Source: a virus
Lineage: Duplodnaviria > Heunggongvirae > Uroviricota > Caudoviricetes
Reading direction: 5' to 3' (one strand)
Virus record (IMG/VR): IMGVR_UViG_3300022661_000054
Length of the DNA stretch: 64,000 nt
Position 1 is the stretch's first letter, and each line of letters begins with the position of its first letter. Shown piece by piece: positions 10,228-19,300 of the stretch. A program made the translations under genes and the position numbers. Below the pieces are notes generated by a model. The model did no database searches. It was not told where the DNA came from and saw only the letters and a list, made by a program, of their open reading frames with translations.

Positions 10228-10833
10228 TTATAATTTTCTACTATTCATTAATTTTGCTAGTGCTGTTTTATCACTCATAGGAATTACTGCAAGTTCATTC
10301 ATTGCTGGAATAACAGTACTGTGTACATAATCATTACCATTTAAATCTTCATAGTCTTTAACCAGCTCAAAGAAAGCGTGATGTTCCATTTCAGACCAAG
10401 CTAACATAGGATTTTTTGTCTCATCTGTAAACAATCTATATTCATCTAACAATTTAGCGCGAATAGCATTTTTCTCACGTTTTTCTAGACGATCTAAGCG
10501 CTCATTTAAGGTATGCTGATTATCAATTACTCCGTTTTTAATCTCATTACATACCTGTAAAAGTTCTCTATCAGTATTTTGAAGTTGTGCCTGAATTTGC
10601 AGGCTCTGAGCTCTATAGCCCGGGAGAGCATTTATAGCTGCTTCAAGAGAAGCTATTTTAGCATCTCTAGCTAAATTTTCTTGCTTAAGTAATTCTTCTT
10701 TAGCTTTTTCTGCTTCTCTTTGTTTTTTTAATTCTTTAGGTAAACCTACCATCTTATTAAAAATAAAAGTAACAGAAAGTGTTAAAATAAGTGTTCCAAC
10801 AGTAGCAAGTATATTTAAAAACCAACCTGGCAT
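10228..10833 (-). CDS. N-terminally anchored membrane/coiled-coil protein
   Basis: Hydrophobic N-terminus, coiled coil, C-terminal Y..LNGN motif; preceded by GCTAAATTA. Confidence 0.65.
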   Translation of the reverse strand: MPGWFLNILATVGTLILTLSVTFIFNKMVGLPKELKKQREAEKAKEELLKQENLARDAKIASLEAAINALPGYRAQSLQIQAQLQNTDRELLQVCNEIKNGVIDNQHTLNERLDRLEKREKNAIRAKLLDEYRLFTDETKNPMLAWSEMEHHAFFELVKDYEDLNGNDYVHSTVIPAMNELAVIPMSDKTALAKLMNSRKL

Positions 10834-10916
10834 AATTAGATGATCTCCTTAAAATGCATTTTTATATCATTTAATTTAGCCAATAATATTTAAGTTTTTA
10901 ATAAATTAACAAATTA

Positions 10917-12020
10917 TTAATTTGAGCTCTTAGATATATTATTCTCTTTTGTCGTGCTGATAAATTTTAGCTGATATATTTCATTTCCATTTTCATCATC
11001 GCCTATTTTATCAGTAACTAGCTTATGTAGTGGTATGCCATCATACTTTAGTTCACTTGTTGAAAGACTTGCTGTGCTAATATCACCAGTAGCTGTAATG
11101 TTTTTTACACCAGTAATGTTACTGGCATCATTACCGCTAAATACCAGACCACCTTTTGTTTCAATATCACCATCAGCTACAATCGTCCCGCCAGCTTTAA
11201 TATCATCAGTTATTTCAAGCTTTCCTGTTGCATCAATATTGCCAAACAGCTTTATTGAGCCCTCCGTATCACCATGTTCAATTTTAGGAAGTAAAGCAGG
11301 CTGATGAATATCCCAGATACCATCTTTTTTTTCTAAAATACATAAAGATACCCATTGTCTTTTCCTTGCTTCATTCTCTACTCTGCCCTCTTCATAACTA
11401 ATATCTCTAGTAATAAGTGCTGCTGTGTTGGTTAGTGGCACTGTAGAGAAAGATAGCCCAGAAAAGTAGTACTCTGTAATAACTGTACTATTATTGTTAT
11501 TAGTATTAATAGGTAAGTCTATGCTTGTCTCACCCCAAGCTTCCTTACCATCGTTAGATTTGGATTGATTGCGTAGTACTAGTGTTGCATATGTTAAATT
11601 TGTATTTTCTGTGTCTTGATAAAGCTTTGCTTCTTCAAGAAAGATATTAGCATAAATACGACTAATATCTGCTTCGCCTACTAGCTTTTGTTTTAAATTG
11701 TTAGCAAAGTCTGTATAGGTCTTATAACCTGATTCTAGCTTAATATCAAAAATGTATCCTGCGAGAACTAATGATAATAAAGCATTAGTACTATTCCACT
11801 CTTTTACATAGGTTTGAGTAAAACCGTTTAAACTAGAGTTTTTTCTAATATTCGCCTCTGTATTTAATCTAGATTCTGGGTCAAAAGGAATGAAAGTGTC
11901 ACCATTGTTTATTGCCGCACTTCTTCTTCCGCAAGGATACGCTTGAATATTAGTACTTTTCACAAAAGCTAGCATTGGACCGTTATTACTATATCGATGT
12001 GTTTCGTTAAACATTAACAT
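10917..12020 (-). CDS. Baseplate/tail-associated structural protein
   Basis: Last gene of the baseplate operon; C-terminal beta-repeat (IKAGGTIVADGDIETKGG). Confidence 0.55.
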   Translation of the reverse strand: MLMFNETHRYSNNGPMLAFVKSTNIQAYPCGRRSAAINNGDTFIPFDPESRLNTEANIRKNSSLNGFTQTYVKEWNSTNALLSLVLAGYIFDIKLESGYKTYTDFANNLKQKLVGEADISRIYANIFLEEAKLYQDTENTNLTYATLVLRNQSKSNDGKEAWGETSIDLPINTNNNNSTVITEYYFSGLSFSTVPLTNTAALITRDISYEEGRVENEARKRQWVSLCILEKKDGIWDIHQPALLPKIEHGDTEGSIKLFGNIDATGKLEITDDIKAGGTIVADGDIETKGGLVFSGNDASNITGVKNITATGDISTASLSTSELKYDGIPLHKLVTDKIGDDENGNEIYQLKFISTTKENNISKSSN

Positions 12021-12035
12021 TGATTATTTCACTCC

Positions 12036-12551
12036 TTAATTAGAAATAATAAGTTCCCAGTCTATAACTAAAGCCGTTGAGGCGGACATAGTAAGAGCCG
12101 AATCCTTATTTTCTTCTGTTAATTTACATATTGCCGCATAATCGTTAATTTCAGTAGCGGTACTGCATTGATTTGAATCAGTATATAGGCCGATTGCATC
12201 AAAATCTGCAGTTTCCAAAACAGTTCTAGGTATTACAAAGCTATACCGTACTTTGTCCTTTTCTGAATCATTTACCTTTTCTGGTATTGTTTGTCTAAAA
12301 ATAAACTGAGACTTGCTATCATAGACTTCAGTATCTGTAATATTTTTATTAGATTTTAGTAACATAATTTTACTAGGCATATTTTTCCTAGCCAGTTCAA
12401 AATTACCAGCAAGACAGTCTACTAAAAAATCAAATAAAGGGTGTTTACCAGCGTTATGCTTTTGTGCAATTATGAATTTTTTACCATTCGTATACTGGGA
12501 TAGCGTAACTATCCCAGTATAACTAATATTGTTTATAGCTGTATTTTTCAT
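12036..12551 (-). CDS. Hypothetical structural protein
   Basis: Tightly packed within the baseplate operon. Confidence 0.6.
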   Translation of the reverse strand: MKNTAINNISYTGIVTLSQYTNGKKFIIAQKHNAGKHPLFDFLVDCLAGNFELARKNMPSKIMLLKSNKNITDTEVYDSKSQFIFRQTIPEKVNDSEKDKVRYSFVIPRTVLETADFDAIGLYTDSNQCSTATEINDYAAICKLTEENKDSALTMSASTALVIDWELIISN

Positions 12552-12554
12552 ATA

Positions 12555-13358
12555 TTATTCCTCATTATCTCCTTCTTTTTCAGTACTTTCCACTTCTATA
12601 TCCACTTCTAGTTGCTGCACAGGCGTTATTCCTAAGCTATTTTCTAGCACAGGTATAATTGTATTAAATAACAGACCTGTATGCAATAAATAATTATCAT
12701 CTGCAGCATCTGGATCATTTGAAGTGCTTTCGAGGTTATCAAAATAAGGTTTATGCTCACCAACTTTAAATAACTCAGATAAACCAGTACTTGTTTTAGC
12801 ATCTTCATACCAACCCAAGTCTTGTACGAAGTCAGCCTGTAATGCATTATGTACCTTAACTTCAGTAATATAAGTATCACTATATTTATTCTGTCTAGAC
12901 ACTCTGCAGGTCATACCAGCAGGTAAAATATACGGTATAAGATCCATAAATAAGACAATATCTACCAAGTCTTTTGGAAACGTTACTACTAAACAATTAT
13001 CTTCAATTTCCATAAAATTCGTAGGATCGAAACTGCTTGAGACACCTGCAGCGGCAACTAAAGCTTCGGCGGCAATTTCAACTGCCTTTTCAGACCCTTT
13101 ATATTTTAATATGAGCGGCAGTACGCTTGCAATTGCTAAAAGCTGTTTTTTATTATAATTACGCTTTACTTTGAATCCAAGTGTTAGTGCAAGTAACTCA
13201 GTTAACTTAGAATTTGCTTTTGTATTAGGCAAATTATATAAGTCATCAACATTGTGCTTAACAGCGTTAAGCACAATGTTGATTAACCAGCTTAGATACT
13301 GAAAGTCTCTAGAAGCGTTTGTGTAGATAGAAGGAACTTGATTATAAAAATTAATCAT
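12555..13358 (-). CDS. Baseplate wedge protein (P2 gpI-like)
   Basis: FYNQVPSIY...LLALTLGF...LKYKGSEKAVE pattern downstream of a baseplate J-like gene. Confidence 0.6.
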   Translation of the reverse strand: MINFYNQVPSIYTNASRDFQYLSWLINIVLNAVKHNVDDLYNLPNTKANSKLTELLALTLGFKVKRNYNKKQLLAIASVLPLILKYKGSEKAVEIAAEALVAAAGVSSSFDPTNFMEIEDNCLVVTFPKDLVDIVLFMDLIPYILPAGMTCRVSRQNKYSDTYITEVKVHNALQADFVQDLGWYEDAKTSTGLSELFKVGEHKPYFDNLESTSNDPDAADDNYLLHTGLLFNTIIPVLENSLGITPVQQLEVDIEVESTEKEGDNEE

Positions 13359-13374
13359 TAATTAGTACCTCCAT

Positions 13375-16300
13375 TTAATTTAATTTAGAAGAACGAGCAA
13401 CTTGAATGCCGTCAGTTAGATAGTCAATATCTAATTTTGAAATAACAAAGTTATTATTTACATTATTAACATCATAATTAGTTCTCGGATTTAATAAGGT
13501 ATTTAATTTTTTATCACCTTCAGTAAACTCTATAGCAAGCGAGCTTTCTATCGGAACATTATAATAGAAGTCATTATTTTTGTCCAAATCTTTTATCTCA
13601 GCTAAAAGCTGCTTTTCTTGTGTTAGTACTTTTTCTAGCTCAAGAAGTTCTTTAGACTTACCTGCGTCTTCTTCTAGCTTATCAAGACTGTCAGAAAGAT
13701 TATTCATAGCTATCTTAAGACTTGCCTCAATATCATTTGTTTCGTCTAATACATTAATAGCTAACCATGCACTTAAAGCATTTGTCCAGCTTCTAAGAAT
13801 AATACTCTTGTCTTCGGTATTTTCGTCAGGCTTAGTTCTATCAAATTCATTGCTAATTGCATCAAAAACAGTTTTAATTTTGTTATATACAACACTTTTA
13901 TCTATGAGATCTAGCACTCTCTCTCGATATGAATCCGGTAACAAAGACTCGTCAACTAATTCATTATTTGTAATATCAACATTTACAAGCCAATCTAGCA
14001 GATCTTGTTTACTCTGTAGTTTATTTAGCAAGTTTTTATCAGAATAATCTGCATAAGATGGTGCATTTGACTCGCTTACTACTACATTACTGAGGTCACT
14101 TATATAATCTTTAATAGCATCTAACAAAGCACTCTCGGTATTAGAAGTATAACCAGTAAATGCTGATTTGACATTATTAGCAAGATCAGTTACTTTGCTA
14201 TAAAAATCATCTTCCTTAGCAGTAAACTCTGGATAGTTCTCTTCATATAGAGTGATGCTTGGACACAGTAAATTTGATACTACATTAAGTAGCTTTGTGT
14301 CTGTACTAATAATGCCATTAAGTTCTTCTTTTAGTGCTGCCAATAGTTGCTGCTTTTCGATGATAGTAAAGCTACTAACATTATCAGCATTAGTAAGTCG
14401 ACTAAGCTTGTCATATATACTGTTTATGATAGTATTTCTAGCACTATCATCGCCACCTTTTATTGCAGTTAAACTATCAGTTATACTGCTAGGCAATTGC
14501 AATATGGTAAAACTTAGAGAGTTAATAAAGTTTTCTATTACCTTTTTCTGTTCATGTTGCAGAGCAAGAGATTTAACTTTATCGAATAAAGCTATAAAAC
14601 TTTCCACATTCGCGGCTTCAGCTAAAGTAGTACGAAGTTTTTCGGTTCCTGTACTGTCTGTATAGTAAAAAACAGACTTGTAGTCATTATCGCCATCCAT
14701 AGAATCTGAATCTGATACATTGTCTAGGTTAGTAGCACTATCATAGACAAAGGTAGACATAGCCTTAAAACCGTCAGCTAGATCCTCATACATATAACTT
14801 GGCCAAACAGCGAGTACTGCTGCTTTTCCAAAGTCAAAAGTCAATAGAGTATCTAAACTAATACTCTCGACATTTGCAATATCTGTGTCTCTCACTGCTG
14901 TAATTAGCTCAATGTTATCTAGAGCCTCAATAGCTTGTTCATCTTTTACGATATTTATACTTTCGATAACATCATTGTAGTAATCATAGTCAAATGAACT
15001 TAAAATACCAGTAAGTTCAACAACCAACGCATCTAATGTTTCTCTATAGGTGTTATAGTATTCATTATGTAGATTTTCTACGCCTTCGATAATACTTTGA
15101 TCTGGTGAAGGCTCTGCAGTGCTGTCAAGTTTTAAATCAACCTCATCTATTAATGCATTAATAATCTCAATAGGGTCAGAACTTTCTAGGTTGCCTACGT
15201 CACTAGAGCTTTTGGTTAACAATATGCTTAATTGAGCTAACACGGCATCTAACTGTGCATAAGAATTTTTATTTGCCAGCTGCTCAATTTCGCTTATTAA
15301 AATTGGTAGATTTTCTTCTTCTAGCATCATTTTTAAATTCCGTAGCACCGAAGACATCATTAAGTAGTCAGCCTCCTTAGCACTAGTCGAAAGTGTGTCT
15401 AAATAGCTGTCTATTTGATCGTTATTAGCAGTTTCAACTAATTGATTTACTTTTGAGACAAGTTCTGGATAGTGCTCTGCCGTAATAAGATTTTCTAATA
15501 CAGAAATTAACCTGGTTCTACCTTCAAAATCAGCTACCTGCTCGAGGTCTTCTAGTATAACAGCTAATTTTGCATTATAATCGGTATTTATTTTTTCAAT
15601 GCTAGCTGTTTTAAGTTCCTTGATTAACCCCTCAGAGTCTACTCCATGGGCAACATTTTCAAAGTCATTTAATATAGCATCTTCCGCAAAGGTTATGTTA
15701 TTTTGATTAATTGAGTCTGTAAGGTAAGCTAATTCTGATAAAATCTGCTGTTGAATAGTATTAACATCTACTAGATCTTTTAGTATACTAACTAATTGTA
15801 ATTCCAGGTCGTCCTTTTCCTTATACTCAGTTAATGCATCCAACAAAGCTTTCTCTTTATTTAATGTTGTAGCTATTTGCGCATATTTGTCAAGAATTGT
15901 AGTATTAAACTCTTTATCCCAGCTATATGTGTCATTTTCAACAGTAATTAAGGACTCGAGTTCGGTCTTGGCTGTAGTGGCAAAATCAATTATTTTTTCA
16001 ATGCTTGGCTTAACATCAATTAATGTATTATACAGCTCAGATATTTCTTCGTCATTTTTACTTTTTAGCTCATTTACTTGCGAGTAGGCTGTAGCTACAC
16101 TGTTTTCAATAAGTTGATTAAGTACCTTTATATTTAGTACTGGGTCGTCGATAATCTGATAGCCTAACTGATCTAGGTTTAGTCCATATGTTGCAGAAGC
16201 AATACTAGAACCTGTATTGCCTTCTTCCAGTACAAGCTTGTAATCTACTAATCGAATGTCATCAAAAGAAAGAGTACCTTTTGACCCTTCAGAAGTCTTA

Positions 16301-19300
16301 ATAAAGAATGTACCAGATTTATTTACTCGTATGCAATTTATGCCTGGACTTAAGTGTAATTTATCAGCCGTATTTATCTGTGCTATACCATTTGTCCAAG
16401 AGGGTTCGTCTGTATTAAATAGAGTGATGTCATCATGTTTTGTTCCTGGAATAACCTCTAACCACGTAGACATCGAATTTGCTTCAGCTGGATCATCACT
16501 GGCGTAGTTTATATAAATACTAAATAGACCGTAAGTATCAGGCAATAGACTAGTTGATAGCTTTAAAGCATTGTCATAGTATTTACCAGTGTCCTCATCA
16601 AGTTTATTACTATTAATTCTAGTTAAATCCACGGTATTCCAAATATCAGAATAGCCTTTTTCACTTAAGTCTAGCGTTTCACCTACCCACTTAGTGAAGT
16701 CGCTAAGTCCTTGTCCGTTTTTTAAGGTTTCTCTTTCTTTTTCTAATTGAACAGTTCTACCTGGTTCAGTTTTTACAATGGCAGGAGATTCATCAGTAAA
16801 AATTTTTAATTTAAAACCTGTTAACTTATTAGGGTTATATACTACGTCATTTACATTAATTGTACCATTCGTAGCACATGCAAGATTTGTTTTAAAAGAT
16901 AGCGTGTTTCCTTCAGTTGGCTCAAGCTTCAAAGATTTGGTATCAGAAATACCTGCACTAGAGAGTTTTAAACTAGTTTTGACTATACCATCATTACGCA
17001 AGGTTTGTGAATCAGCACCTGATACATTTAAAGCTAAGCTGCACTGGGCTTCCCAACCAAGACCCTTTTCGGTAGTTTCATTATTATCAAATGAAAGCCT
17101 TACCGGGTCCAGTCCCTGTTCAAGCTCGTCCTCACTAGCTCCTGAAACGGTATAGGCGACATCAGTACAATATTTCCAGTCAGAACTGGTTAAGTCACCG
17201 CCATCTGCCAATGATAAACTATAGATAGTATCTCCTTCACCTAGAGTTACATATTGATATTCACTAAAAATTAATTCATCATTAGAACCTATGAAACTTA
17301 AAGATTTCCAAGGAATTTCTTTAATACCTGAATCAAAGATAGTGCTAATATCTATATCTTCATAGCTTTTAAGCGCAATACTACCTTTCGCTGTAACTAC
17401 TGTACCACTAGTAAAATATGCGAGCTCTGCTTGATTTTTATCGGTATAGAAAATATACTCCCCGTCTTTTAGTGTATAACTTCTACCACTTTGGTCATCA
17501 TTAGCTTTTTCTAACTCCGCACAATCAAAGTTTTTATAAATATAAATTTGATTACTAACTGCACTATTAAAGAAGCTTTTATTAATTTTTACTTCAGCAA
17601 GTTCTCTAACTTCAATCTGCTCATTAGCACCTATGCTATACATCTCTACAGTGCTATTTAACTCATTAAAAGTAACAGATTTAGTTGAAGTTTTATCTAA
17701 TGTACTTGAATCCATTAGGCCTGGCTCAAAACCGCTTGGCTTAATAATTGTGCCTGCTTCATATAGTTCTGTGACAGCTGTAGTTGCTTGGCTACTACTA
17801 TCATCAGTTGTCGCAGAAGGTGTGTATTCAATACATAAGTACTCACCTGTACCTAGCTCATAGTCTTCGTTATTAGAAATCATAGATACTCTAGCAGCTA
17901 TACCAATATTTTCAACTAAGTATACATCTAAAAGATAATTATTTTGATTTAATAACCCAAAATAATTTTTATTGAACTTTAAAATCTTTTCTGTGTCTTC
18001 TGTTACATATCTTCCAGGTTCATAGCCTTCGCCAAACATACGCCACAAAATAGTACGGTTTTCTTCTACTGGTTTATAGTCTAAGACCTGATTATTAAAA
18101 GTTGTACCCTTGTCTAGCGCAGTTTTACATTGTCTAATAAAGTCTTCCCAAGCAGTCAGAGTGGTCGGTTCAAACGGAACATATTCCAGCTCAAATGATA
18201 CAGTCCAGTCATATCTTGGTAAGCCATCTGTAACATCTTTAAGTGCCGTTATTTCATTATCCACACTAGCTTTGATATCACTCAGAGTCGTTGCAGAAGT
18301 TATAAAAGGATTAAATGCTTTGCCATCGCTATCAGTTAGAACAATTTCGGGTAACTTACCTCTGATATCACTTTGCACAAAAGCTGTAGCCGCAGTAGTA
18401 CTGATAAGCTTTACACAGCCGCTTTTTTTGAAAATATCTAGTACATCGGGAGCATTTACATCAACAATAGTGTTATCTACACCGACTTTGATGTTTCCAA
18501 CCTGTACGTTTGTCATCGGATTGCCGCAATAAATACATTTGCCATCAGTTCCCTTTTTATGGTTACCGTTATTCTTTGGACAAGCATCAGATTCCTCTGC
18601 CAAGATTTCAGAATAGGCTGAAATTGTTTGAGAAATCGTAAATTTCTTTTTATGTGTGTTGGTAAAATGGTTTAAAACTTTTTGCCATTTTATTGGTGTA
18701 TTTTCGTTGTCTGTCCATCCGGAGGCCATATCACTATTTAAAATTGCAAACAGTGAATTAGCAGAAGCTGCTCTAGCTTCTTTTGCTACAGGTTCGTTTA
18801 AATGAAGATGATAGTTAACATAAGCAGGATAAGTTTTTACTGTTGTGAGATTAGGTGCTCTAAATCTTACGAATTCACCAGCTTTTAGTTTTAAGCCTGT
18901 ATCTGTAATATCATTTACTTTTATTGTACACTCAGTCTGTATATCTGTAATATCATTTTTATTGTCAGACTCACCTATCTCTGTAACTACTCCGTCCACA
19001 ATTATGCTTTCAAGTGTATTATCGTCTGAATCAGAACCATAGCTAGATAGCCCTGGTTCAGTTGTTGTATAGTAAACGCTTTCGTTTTTATCTTTAATTT
19101 TTTGGGCTGTATATACTTTTTCACCGTCAGTCCAGACAAAACATGAGTCTTTAGGCATATAATCCGTAGTTACACCATCAGGCAAGGCTGCTGGAGCTTC
19201 TGTTTTTAAAGTGTCAGTACCACTATTACTAAGACCTGTAGTAACCAAATAAGGAGCTTCGGCAAAGCTGGTCTTAAAAGTGTTATTATATTTAAATAAA